64,000 nucleotides of DNA, from positions 2,787 through 66,786 of the forward strand of contig JAQICX010000242.1 of NCBI GenBank assembly GCA_027858345.1. The letters are read 5' to 3'. Under the pieces are notes generated by a model. The model saw only the letters and a program-made list of their open reading frames with translations. It had not been told where the DNA came from and did not search any database. Below are positions 52,021-61,645 of the stretch, piece by piece (position 1 is the first letter of the stretch; every line of letters starts with the position of its first letter). Both the position numbers and the translations under genes were made by a program. Origin of the DNA: Kiritimatiellia bacterium (GTDB lineage Bacteria > Verrucomicrobiota > Kiritimatiellia > JAQICX01).

Positions 52021-53742
52021 TCACTGCGGATCGATGATTATGACTGCGGAAGCCCCCTTGTGGGGGAAGCGGATCGTAAGTCCCTTTTCGAGCAATTCTT
52101 CTCCGGCGACAACTTGGTCTGCCCCGTATCCCTCTGGCATGCTAAGATGATAAGACCGATCAGGATTCACCCCGCGCAGGACAAGGGTGTGCCCCAGCGA
52201 AGGATCTCCGCCATGGAAAACAAACAGCAGCGCCTCGCTGCTTTGGGGGTTTGCATAGAGCGCCGCCTGCATGGAGCACGGTTCTAAGACATTGATTTGC
52301 GGCGTCAGATGGAAAACGTCTGCGTTACGGATTCGTTCGCGGATCTTCTTGAACAATGTGATACGTTCCGCCGCCACCTTGAGCGTTTGGGCGTCCCACT
52401 CGCAGATTTTTCCCGATAGTCCAAAATGCCCGAGTAGGTTTGCCGTAAACGACGTTTCCCTGTCTATGGGGCTTTCCGAATGTGCAGTCGGTGAGACCGT
52501 CCAGTGACTGCAAATCTCAGGTGGAAAAAGGTAGGTTGCGCCGTGGTTCATTGCTAGGTTCACGGGATTATCAACATTGTCCGAGACCCAATGCGTGTCG
52601 GTAAGAGCCACGGTCATTGCGTCCTGCCGTAAGGAACCGCTTGAGCAGTTCTCGACAATCAGTTTCGGGTATGATGTCCGGATATGCTTCAACAGTTCAA
52701 CAAGTCCTCGGTAGTGGCGGTAAAGTGGGTCGGTTTCCGGGGTAAGGCGTTCGCCGTCCACGGGCAGGTCGGTGTTGAAGTCCATTTTGATGTAGTCGAG
52801 CGCATAAGTCGTTACGAGGTGATCTATCACCGACTTCGCCCAGGCAACGACATCGGGATTCTTGAAATCGAGAGCGGTTCTGTCGGATAGTTGCCTGTCA
52901 CCGTGTTTCAATATCCATTCGGGATGCTCCATTACCACCTGAGAATTCGGCGAGGCACACTCGATCTCGATCCAGAGCCCTAACTTCATTCCCAACCGTC
53001 GGACTTCCTTCGCAATGGGCTCAAGGCCGCAAGGAAAACGTTGCAGGTTCACCTCCCAGTTCCCTAATTCTCCGCTCCAGTCTGCTTTCGCCCCCGCACC
53101 ATACCAGCCGGCATCGATCGTGAACTGTTCGCAGCCGATCCCGGCGGCAACACGAGCCGCATCAAAGAGTTGTTTATCATTGATCTTTTCGTAGGCGTCA
53201 TACCATGTGTTGTATTGAACAGGTGGCCAATCTGGACCCATGTCGCGGAGCAGTTTTGAACGAATGAAGCGAACAATCGCCTGGGATCCATCATCCCAGT
53301 GGTCGGCAAAAGTCGCCACCAACGCACCGGGGATAGGCATTCCTCCGAACTCAGCGAATGGTTTGAGGCCTGACGGAAAGGTTTCAACACGCAAAACAGT
53401 CCGCCCATTTAGGGGTTTGATCTCAATAACCCAGTTTCCACTGTATGCGATGAGCACAGCGATCCCTTGGCCTGTTTTCGTGTTCCTAACGGCCACCCAT
53501 GGCTTGAGCGTCGTCGCGCTGCGGCCTTTTTTCTGTACAAAACGAAAACCAGTGGCGGGTATGCGACGGGTCTTAAGGAGATACTCTCTCATTGCGTCGC
53601 CGCTGAACGTCAGCATCTCATAGTCCACCACAGAGCCATGAAGTTCCTTTTCGAATGGTAACGTCACCGGCTCTGCCAATCGAGCTGCTTCCGTGGATGC
53701 GTTCGCTTGTTGCGAAGCTGTTTCGTGAAACGATTTATCCAT
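52021..53742 (-). CDS. Alpha-galactosidase, GH36 family (5' region probably degraded)
   Basis: YNTWY, IDAGWY, GLWIEIE, DYIKMDFN, ENCSSGSLR, WVSD motifs; GC-richer than host; upstream ORF 53735-53986 may be a broken N-terminus. Confidence 0.85.
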   Translation of the reverse strand: MDKSFHETASQQANASTEAARLAEPVTLPFEKELHGSVVDYEMLTFSGDAMREYLLKTRRIPATGFRFVQKKGRSATTLKPWVAVRNTKTGQGIAVLIAYSGNWVIEIKPLNGRTVLRVETFPSGLKPFAEFGGMPIPGALVATFADHWDDGSQAIVRFIRSKLLRDMGPDWPPVQYNTWYDAYEKINDKQLFDAARVAAGIGCEQFTIDAGWYGAGAKADWSGELGNWEVNLQRFPCGLEPIAKEVRRLGMKLGLWIEIECASPNSQVVMEHPEWILKHGDRQLSDRTALDFKNPDVVAWAKSVIDHLVTTYALDYIKMDFNTDLPVDGERLTPETDPLYRHYRGLVELLKHIRTSYPKLIVENCSSGSLRQDAMTVALTDTHWVSDNVDNPVNLAMNHGATYLFPPEICSHWTVSPTAHSESPIDRETSFTANLLGHFGLSGKICEWDAQTLKVAAERITLFKKIRERIRNADVFHLTPQINVLEPCSMQAALYANPQSSEALLFVFHGGDPSLGHTLVLRGVNPDRSYHLSMPEGYGADQVVAGEELLEKGLTIRFPHKGASAVIIIDPQ

Positions 53743-54389
53743 TTAATTTCTCTTTCATGTTGTCGAATTTTAACACCTCTGACTGTGTGAAATGGCAACC
53801 AGCCGGTGCATGCTGGTTGCTACCATCGTCGGCATATATCGCATGCTGCGATACTGCGCCAGCGTCGGTGTCAACGCCTTTGATTTTCCAGACTATAGAG
53901 GCATGGTACTCCAAGGAGTATTCAACATGTCCAGGCCGAGAGATCGGCTTGCAATTTACACTGTCCATTCTTAATGCTCTACTCATACACCATCACCTAT
54001 TCATTTTTTCATTTTCTTCCTAACAACTAACTGACCCTTGTCAACTAATAGTTAATAACAGTTTTATTTCCTTTTATCACTGCTGGCAAAGTCAGCTAGG
54101 ACACTCTGTGGGCAGGTTGGCGAGATATTATTTGTTAATATACTAGGATTGCACTGCGTTCACTCTAGGCTTCTCATGAAATATGCCGTTGGCACATTTT
54201 TACAATGATTTTTTTAAGCCCACCGTCGTACTCGAATAAAATCTTTACAGCCTTTCATTTTGTCAATGCTCTAAAAACTAATACTTTACCAGATTAAAAC
54301 AAAGTTTTAAATTTTTTTTTCACCCTTTTTTTGCTTTTTCATAAATTATCCTTAATTTTCATCTTTTTTCATAGAATTCTTGACAGAAC

Positions 54390-54730
54390 CTTTTCGGTTA
54401 TTTCACTTTATGAGAACGTTTTTCATGCCGTCACGCAGGTGACCGTTCTCGCTCCCAAACTTGCACATCATATTGTCTTGCAGGAATGGGAGCCCCACCC
54501 CTCCGTTCTCGTTCCTCGAACACCTCCTCCCGCAGAGCGGGACTAGCAAAACGCTAGCCGGGGAGGAGCTAATACGTCCTCATCGTCATTAAAAATTATT
54601 TTTCATTTTGTCACCCAATTGTGTCGTGCGAAGCTTGCAAAGCAAAGAATGAAATGGGCAAAAACAAGCTGTCAATCACTAGTTTTGTTGGTCGAAATGC
54701 ATGTTTTTTATCCTAGCCGAAAAATTAAGG
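54390..54730. mobile_element. TIR-bounded composite MITE-like shell, copy E9
   Basis: TTTTCGGTTA..CACTTTATGAGAACG ... TAGCCGAAAAATTAAGG; ~140 bp (54447-54589) nearly identical to E6 (49014-49156). Confidence 0.8.
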
Positions 54731-54759
54731 AGAAAAATATAATAATTGTCAGGTTGACT

Positions 54760-55749
54760 TTAGATCAATAATGTGTTGATTTGTTCCTGCTGCATAGGCA
54801 TAACAGAAACAAGATTTTCATCTTCCAGAAATTTTACACGGATTATAGTTGCCTCATTTTCTTGTGAATCGCTATATCTAGCGCATATGGAACAGGCAAG
54901 TTCAAGACTTTCTGGTGAAGATTTTTTGGGAAGAATTGCAAATGGACCCTTAACGTTTGCAGCGTGTAGGATATAGTTTTCAGCTTTGTTAACATTGGCA
55001 ATTATATATTCATTATCGCTGTGGTTACGTCCAACAATAAGCTTTGTCCCATCAATAAACCTGAAATGTCTGCCAATCTTAAGAAAGTCAATGTTCTTGA
55101 GGTTATTGATACCTTCATGTTCTTTCAGATCTTTCATACGTTTTGCGAAACTTGGTTCAGTCAATTTGCATCCGCCAGCTGGACTTGGATATGATGTCAA
55201 ACCAAAATCCTTTGCCATAGCCATCTGTCTTTTTCTTCCACGACCCTGAAGGTCTTCCAGTTGTTCTCTGTCGACAATGCCATCAATTTCCATTTGGGTA
55301 GGGGGGAGAATCTTGGCACTTAATGGACGCAAAAGGTAATCTCCGAAACTTGATGTTTCTGCAACTACCCGCAAACTTTTTTTATTTTGTGACATTGGTC
55401 TTTCATTCAGGACTTCTCCTGTGCATAGGAAATCATAACCATTCTCCTTCATATATTCCCCGGCTCTTTTAAACATTAGAGCATGGCAGTCTATGCATGG
55501 ATTGATTCCTTTACCAAAACCATGTGGCGGATCTTTGATTAGTCCAATAATATCTGTGGTGAAATCTTTCTGGATCAAGTTTATACCAAGTTGTTTTGCA
55601 CTTTTCAGAGCAGTTGTTAGATCATAGAATGTACTTGTAAATACAATTCCATCCACGGCTATTCCCTGCTTCTTCATAAGGCATACTGCCAGCATGCTGT
55701 CCAATCCGCCTGAAAAAAGGCATAGAGCTCTTACTTTTTTTTCTGTCAT
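54760..55749 (-). CDS. ThiI/MnmA-like tRNA thiouridylase-family PP-loop protein
   Basis: SGGLDS PP-loop, NPCIDCH, TGEVLNERPMSQ, PAGGCKLT, IVGRN. Confidence 0.8.
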   Translation of the reverse strand: MTEKKVRALCLFSGGLDSMLAVCLMKKQGIAVDGIVFTSTFYDLTTALKSAKQLGINLIQKDFTTDIIGLIKDPPHGFGKGINPCIDCHALMFKRAGEYMKENGYDFLCTGEVLNERPMSQNKKSLRVVAETSSFGDYLLRPLSAKILPPTQMEIDGIVDREQLEDLQGRGRKRQMAMAKDFGLTSYPSPAGGCKLTEPSFAKRMKDLKEHEGINNLKNIDFLKIGRHFRFIDGTKLIVGRNHSDNEYIIANVNKAENYILHAANVKGPFAILPKKSSPESLELACSICARYSDSQENEATIIRVKFLEDENLVSVMPMQQEQINTLLI

Positions 55750-55992
55750 CTTAACTTGTATCCTTTATAAAATCATATTGAGCTGGCGAAGCCAGCATTA
55801 CTAAGGTTGAGGTTAAGATAAAGGTACAGGAGCCAAGCCAATGCTTGGCGTTCCTCGAAAACTATCCAAAGGACTAACTAATAAAGACTTGCGTAATACG
55901 GGTCGCTATGTGAGTCCCGGCATTTCTTAATCTCAACCTTAATCTTAAACTGCTGACATCGTCAGCTCTTTATCTTAACCTTAATCTTAAAC

Positions 55993-57474
55993 TCAGTCGA
56001 CCAGCATCTCATTAATTGCTGCGGCAGCTTTACGACCTTCACCCATGGCAAGAATTACAGTTGCAGCTCCAAGAACAATATCACCGCCTGCGTAGACTTT
56101 GTCAAGAGATGTCTTGCCATCTTCATCGGCAACAATGTTGCCCCACTTATTTATTTCAAGACCTTCTGTTGTATGAGGGATGAGTGGGTTGGATTTGTTA
56201 CCAATTGCAACAATCACAGTGTCAAGCTCTATGACAAATTCACTGTTTTCAATAGCTATTGGACGTCTTCTGCCTGAGTCATCAGGTTCACCTAGTTCAT
56301 AACGCAAACATTCAACACCTGTGACCATGCCGTCATCGTTGCCAAGGATTCGTTTAACATTTTCTAAAACATGAAAAATTACACCTTCTTCCTTGGCATG
56401 CTCAACTTCTTCAATTCTTGCCGGCATTTCAGCTTCAGATCTTCTGTAAATCAGATATACTTCGTCAGCACCAAGTCTTACCGCTGTTCTTGCGGCATCC
56501 ATTGCCACATTGCCACCACCAAGTATTGCAACCTTCTTGCTTCTAGCTATTGGTGTTGCAGCTTTTTCTTCAAAAGCTCTCATGAGGTTTGAACGTGTAA
56601 GGTACTCATTTGCCGAGAAAACTCCAACGAGATTTTCACCTTCAATGTTCATAAATGTTGGTAGTCCTGCACCGCTTCCGATAAATGCAGCATCAAAGCC
56701 TTCTTCGTCAAGTAGTTGAGGAAGAGTCAGAGTTCTGCCAACCACAAAGTTTGTTTCAATTTTTACGCCCATTTTCTTCAGTTGAGTGATTTCTCGTTGA
56801 ACAATTTCTTTTGGCAGACGAAATTCAGGGATACCATACATAAGTACGCCGCCTGGTTTATGAAATGCTTCAAAAACTGTAACTTCGTGACCTTCGCGTC
56901 TAACGTCGGCCGCAACAGTAATACCAGCAGGACCTGAACCGATTATTGCAACTTTTTTGCCTGTTTCGGGTTTGATTTCAATAGGAACATCGGTAGCATT
57001 CTGGGCATCCCTGTCGGCAACAAATCTTTCAAGGCGGCCAATTGATACTGATTGTTCAACATCTTTAAGTGCTTTGCCTAGCGTGCAATAAAGCTGGCAT
57101 TGCGTTTCCTGCGGGCATACTCTACCGCATACAGCGGGAAGAAGACTGCTCACTTTGATTGTGTCAATTGAATCTTGATATTTTTCTTCTGCAATCTCTT
57201 GTATGAATTTTGGAATGTCAATATTAACTGGACATCCTTTCATGCATGGAGCATTTTTGCATTGTAGACATCTTAAGGCTTCAACCTTTGCCTGTTCAGG
57301 AGTATACCCAATGGCAACTTCTTCCATGTTGTTTCTGCGGATGGCAGGGTCTTGTGAAGGCATTTCCTGTAGGGGAATCTGCATTCTATCTTTTGGCTTT
57401 AAATTTTCGCAATCTAGATTTTTTAGAATTTCACAAGCACTTTGCTGTAATTCTTTCTTTGAAATATAAGACAT
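55993..57474 (-). CDS. NADPH-dependent glutamate synthase small-chain homologue (SudA/NfnB)
   Basis: RCLQCKNAPCMKGCPV, CGRVCPQETQC, GSGPAG, GGGNVAMDAAR, GAATVILAMG. Confidence 0.92.
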   Translation of the reverse strand: MSYISKKELQQSACEILKNLDCENLKPKDRMQIPLQEMPSQDPAIRRNNMEEVAIGYTPEQAKVEALRCLQCKNAPCMKGCPVNIDIPKFIQEIAEEKYQDSIDTIKVSSLLPAVCGRVCPQETQCQLYCTLGKALKDVEQSVSIGRLERFVADRDAQNATDVPIEIKPETGKKVAIIGSGPAGITVAADVRREGHEVTVFEAFHKPGGVLMYGIPEFRLPKEIVQREITQLKKMGVKIETNFVVGRTLTLPQLLDEEGFDAAFIGSGAGLPTFMNIEGENLVGVFSANEYLTRSNLMRAFEEKAATPIARSKKVAILGGGNVAMDAARTAVRLGADEVYLIYRRSEAEMPARIEEVEHAKEEGVIFHVLENVKRILGNDDGMVTGVECLRYELGEPDDSGRRRPIAIENSEFVIELDTVIVAIGNKSNPLIPHTTEGLEINKWGNIVADEDGKTSLDKVYAGGDIVLGAATVILAMGEGRKAAAAINEMLVD

Positions 57475-58356
57475 TTATTTATCTCCTTGTTTTGCCACAA
57501 GTTCATCAGCTTGTTTTTCAGCTTTGCATTCATGGTCGTGATATTTATCATGATTTACCTGTTCCTGCTTTTTATATGCACCAAGTCTTTTCATCATGTT
57601 ATCAAAATCTACTTTGTGACCATCAAATTCCGGTCCATCAACGCATACAAATTTGGTTTCACCACCCACTGTTACACGGCAGCCACCGCACATACCTGTT
57701 CCATCGATCATAATTGTATTCAATGAAACTGTTGTTGGAACTTCACATTCTTTAGTTGTCAAGCTACAAAACTTCATCATGATAGGGGGACCAATTGCAA
57801 CAACTTCATCAGGCTGTTGTTCTCTTTGGCAACACTCTTTTAGAGGTTCAGTAACCAGACATTTTCTTCCGTATGATCCATCGTCAGTACAAACGATGAG
57901 TTCATCAGCAATTGCTTTCATATCTTCTTCAAGAATAAGCAAATCTTTGTTTCTTGCACCCATTATTACTGTAAGTTTTGCACCAGATTCTTTAAATGCT
58001 TTTGCGATTGGATACATTGGTGCAACACCTATTCCACCTCCAACGCATACTACCCAGTCAACGTCTTTAACATGAGTTGGTTGTCCAAGTGGACCTAAAA
58101 CATTTTCAATGTAGTCGCCAACGTTTTTGTCAGATAGTTTGTGTGTGGTTGCTCCGACTGATTGAAAAACAATTGTGATTGTTCCTGCTTCGGCATCGCC
58201 ATTGGCAATTGTCAGGGGAATTCTTTCTCCAAAATCTGTGTCGATCTGAAGTAAAATAAATTGTCCGGCTTTTCTTGAACGTGCGATTAGTGGTGCTTCG
58301 ATGCACATCTGAAATACATCATCAGATAGTTGTTTTTTCTCAATTATTTTATTCAT
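57475..58356 (-). CDS. Sulfide/dihydroorotate dehydrogenase-like FAD/NAD-binding subunit (SudB/NfnA)
   Basis: GERIPLTI, GPLG, GGGIGVAP, DGTGMCGGCRV, CVDGPEFD; adjacent to NfnB-like gene. Confidence 0.92.
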   Translation of the reverse strand: MNKIIEKKQLSDDVFQMCIEAPLIARSRKAGQFILLQIDTDFGERIPLTIANGDAEAGTITIVFQSVGATTHKLSDKNVGDYIENVLGPLGQPTHVKDVDWVVCVGGGIGVAPMYPIAKAFKESGAKLTVIMGARNKDLLILEEDMKAIADELIVCTDDGSYGRKCLVTEPLKECCQREQQPDEVVAIGPPIMMKFCSLTTKECEVPTTVSLNTIMIDGTGMCGGCRVTVGGETKFVCVDGPEFDGHKVDFDNMMKRLGAYKKQEQVNHDKYHDHECKAEKQADELVAKQGDK

Positions 58357-58490
58357 GTTTTTCTCTAAGTTTGATTATAATATAAAGTAGTTAGTGTGTT
58401 TCAGAGGAGATAAAAGTACCCCTAAAACAGTTCAACAGTATATGCAATTTTTATATATTAAGCAAGATAAAATGTATTGTTTTTCTGATA

Positions 58491-58842
58491 CCTTGATTTT
58501 TCGGTTGAATTATTTTTTTGTTGAAATTTTGGAAAGCCATTCTTTCAAATAGTTTATAGTTGATAGTAAATAGTAAATAGTTCTCTACGAGGTTAGGAAG
58601 TCGCTTTGCTATGCAGGACACAGTAGCGGGTTAGAAAGAGCACTGCCGTGGGCAGGAGGATTCTACTTTGCAGAAAACTTCAAAAGAAAATGTGACGCAG
58701 GACTCATGACGCACGACGCATGGTTTCATAAAAAAACTTATAGTCACATAAGTACTGTGTCGTGCGAAGCTTGCAAGAAGGATGAACAAACAATATGGAA
58801 TATTGTTCGCTGTCTCTTCATCTCAACATGAGCGGAAGCGGA
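58491..58842. mobile_element. Composite shell, copy E10 (right end degenerate, approximate)
   Basis: CCTTGATTTTTCGGTTGAA left TIR; TGTGTCGTGCGAAGCTTGCAA module shared with E9. Confidence 0.6.
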
Positions 58843-58890
58843 TTCCAACATTTACCATTTACCGTTTACTATTTAGTTTTTTTCTTCACT

Positions 58891-59430
58891 TTATCTCTCA
58901 AGTAATTCCAATATTCTTGGATCTTTTTTGGCAATCTCTTCTTTTGTCAAACCTTCAAGCTCGTGAGGAAAAACAATCCATTTATCTGTTTTTTCCAGAT
59001 AGAAGTCGGGTGTCACATCAGTTATATTGTTATCAGGCTTGTAAAGGATTGTTGCAAGTATTACCTGTTTTACATATGGTGTCAGCATTTTTTTTATTTT
59101 AGCCAGTGTTGAACCGGTATCAAAAACATCATCAACAATTAGCAAAGTCATCTCAGGTTTTAATACCTTGTCCACTAGTGGTTGTATTGATTCAATAATA
59201 GGCTCGTGTAGAACTTTTTCAAGAGCACTGTATGATGATGCTTTGATTGCAGTATGAAATGTCGGATTTCCTAGTTCGTTCAGAATTTCATGGACTGCAA
59301 CACCAACAGGGGTGCCGCCACGCCATATTGCAATTAGTCCATCAGGTCTGATACCTGAATCATAGATTTTACGTCCAAGTTTGAATGATTTGTAGATTAA
59401 GTCAGTTCCTGATATGTATAGTTTTTCCAT
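58891..59430 (-). CDS. Type I phosphoribosyltransferase (hypoxanthine/xanthine PRT-like)
   Basis: IWRGG, LIVDDVFDTGST PRPP loop, WIVFPHE. Confidence 0.9.
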   Translation of the reverse strand: MEKLYISGTDLIYKSFKLGRKIYDSGIRPDGLIAIWRGGTPVGVAVHEILNELGNPTFHTAIKASSYSALEKVLHEPIIESIQPLVDKVLKPEMTLLIVDDVFDTGSTLAKIKKMLTPYVKQVILATILYKPDNNITDVTPDFYLEKTDKWIVFPHELEGLTKEEIAKKDPRILELLER

Positions 59431-59736
59431 TGCAGTTCCTATGATTAAGATATGTAGCTTTGTTTGTAAAATTTAATGTCTGACAATGGTATATTATTTG
59501 AGATTGAAAGTCCAACAATATTTTAAGGTTAAGGTTAAGGTAAAGGTTAAGAGCTGAGTTTTCTCAACCTCGGCGTTTTTTTTTGCGACGCAGTCGTCAC
59601 ATCCGTCCCATTGGTCTCATCCGTCCCATGAGAAGGAATGGGAGGTATGGGACTGATGTGGTGACTACGTCACCTAAAAGTCGGTGATTTTTTTTGCTAA
59701 ACGAGTAACGAACAACGTAATACTGTCTGCTGTAAA

Positions 59737-60303
59737 CTAGACAGACATGTTCTTAAGCCATAGTTCGTGGATTCTAGTGTCGCTGGTTAGTTCAGGGTGG
59801 AAACTTGAAAGAAGTATGTTTTTGTATTGAAGAAGTATTGGTTCTCCATTTAAAGAAGATAGAATTTCAACGGAGCTATCAATGTCTGTAAACTTTGGAG
59901 CTCTAATAAATACCGCCGGAAAGTCTGATTCAAAACCTTTAATACATATGTTTTCCTTAAATGACTCAACTTGTCTTCCATAGGCATTACGTCTTGTTGA
60001 AACAGGAATCTTACCAAAGGTATCAATTTGAGAATCGTTTGCATCAACAGATAGCAATATTGCTCCAGCACATGTTCCAAAGATTGGCTTGTCAAAGTTT
60101 TTGATTGGCTCAAATAATTCCATCTGACGAATGAGCTTTGTCATTGTTGTGGATTCGCCACCAGGAATAATGAGTCCATCGCACTGTTTAATTTGTTCCG
60201 GGTACCTGATGATAGCGGTTCCTACTGAAAGCCTTTCCAAAAGCTGTTGATGCTTATGAAATGCTCCCTGTAAACCTAAAATTCCAATGGTGATTTTGTT
60301 CAT
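59737..60303 (-). CDS. pdxT: Pyridoxal 5'-phosphate synthase glutaminase subunit
   Basis: LGLQGAF, IPGGESTT, FGTCAG, RNAYGRQ, FIRAP, SFHPEL; start at ATG 60303. Confidence 0.96.
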   Translation of the reverse strand: MNKITIGILGLQGAFHKHQQLLERLSVGTAIIRYPEQIKQCDGLIIPGGESTTMTKLIRQMELFEPIKNFDKPIFGTCAGAILLSVDANDSQIDTFGKIPVSTRRNAYGRQVESFKENICIKGFESDFPAVFIRAPKFTDIDSSVEILSSLNGEPILLQYKNILLSSFHPELTSDTRIHELWLKNMSV

Positions 60304-60421
60304 ATTTATTAGGGATGATGTGATTGTTGTTTCATGCTCGGGCGAAAAATTCTTCGCCCAAGCAATTTGCGCACTCACGAATTTACGCACTTACGCACTT
60401 ACGCACTTACGAACTTGTATA

Positions 60422-61303
60422 TTACCAGCCGCGATTTGCAAGTCTCTGATCTTCTGGAATTTCGCTCATGTTAATTCCCTTCATTGCATCCTGAAGTGTT
60501 GCTGAAATTTCAGCAAGTTTTTTTGGATTGTCATAGTATGTAACAGCCATAACAATTGCTTTTGCTCTTGCAGCAGGATCTTCTGATTTGAAAATTCCAG
60601 AGCCAACAAAAACAGTTTCAGCACCGAGCTGCATCATCAGTGCAGCATCGGCTGGTGTGGCAATTCCGCCAGCAGCAAAGTTTGGAACAGGCAGTTTGCC
60701 TTCTTTTGAGACTTGTTTAACCAGTTCAAATGGAGCTCCAAGATCTTTTGCAACCGCCATGATTTCATCATCTTTCAGTGTTGTTAGAAATTTGATATCT
60801 GACTGAACTGTTCTCATATGAGTTACAGCTTCAACGATGTTGCCTGAGCCAGCCTCACCCTTTGTTCTGATCATTGCCGCACCTTCACCAATTCGTCTTA
60901 GTGCCTCACCAATGTTTCTGCATCCGCAGACAAATGGAACTTTGAAATCGTGTTTCCAGACATGGTTAACTTCATCGGCAGGTGTAAGAACTTCACTCTC
61001 ATCAATAAAATCAATTTCCAGAGCTTCTAGGATTTGTGCTTCAGCAAAGTGACCTATTCTACATTTTGCCATTACTGGAATTGAGACAGTCCTTTGAATC
61101 TCCTGTATCATTTTTGGGTTTGACATACGTGCAACACCACCGTCTGCTCTGATGTCTGATGGTATTCTTTCTAAAGCCATAACAGCGACAGCGCCTGCGT
61201 CTTCAGCAATCTTTGCTTGCTCTGCATTTGTTACATCCATGATTACGCCGCCTTTAAGCATTTCTGCGAGACCAACTTTTATTCCAAAACTATTTTTCTG
61301 CAT
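60422..61303 (-). CDS. pdxS: Pyridoxal 5'-phosphate synthase lyase subunit
   Basis: [44 protein letters not shown] end. Confidence 0.98.
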   Translation of the reverse strand: MQKNSFGIKVGLAEMLKGGVIMDVTNAEQAKIAEDAGAVAVMALERIPSDIRADGGVARMSNPKMIQEIQRTVSIPVMAKCRIGHFAEAQILEALEIDFIDESEVLTPADEVNHVWKHDFKVPFVCGCRNIGEALRRIGEGAAMIRTKGEAGSGNIVEAVTHMRTVQSDIKFLTTLKDDEIMAVAKDLGAPFELVKQVSKEGKLPVPNFAAGGIATPADAALMMQLGAETVFVGSGIFKSEDPAARAKAIVMAVTYYDNPKKLAEISATLQDAMKGINMSEIPEDQRLANRGW

Positions 61304-61373
61304 TATATTTCTCCTTTATTAGGGGGGCTTTTTAATTAACCTGCATGCCCTTGTATATTTTGATTGGCGAGGA

Positions 61374-61402
61374 ATGATATGGTTTTAGGCTAGATTTGTC
61401 AA
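61374..61402 (-). promoter_or_regulatory. Sigma70-type promoter for pdxST
   Basis: Minus strand TTGACA-17 bp-TATCAT, ~70 bp upstream of pdxS. Confidence 0.6.
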
Positions 61403-61645
61403 GTATTATAATATTTCTGTTTGAAGAAACTTGATTTTCAATTAAAAATTAACTATTGGAAGGATCCGTCAGATCGGACAGATCAGCTGGATATTGTTTT
61501 GCACCAATGAAAACAGAAAAAATTGCAATTTTCACATGGCACGTATTACTTAGCACTTATCACGTAGTACAGCTGGTGGTTGAGCCAGTTCCTTCCCACT
61601 TCCCCCCCTAGCACTTATCACATCACAACCGCTGGCTCTGCCGGC

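Noticed and set aside
45800..54730. Prophage or intact integron/genomic island
   Set aside because: No phage structural genes, integrase, or tRNA-associated att duplication seen; the region is a patchwork of small inserts.
6927..58842. Dispersed repeats as a CRISPR array
   Set aside because: Repeats are kilobases apart, paired as inverted termini, with no regular repeat-spacer periodicity and no cas genes.
60304..60390. N-terminal extension of PdxT
   Set aside because: Derived from the octamer repeat spacer; family homology starts at MNKITIG (60303).
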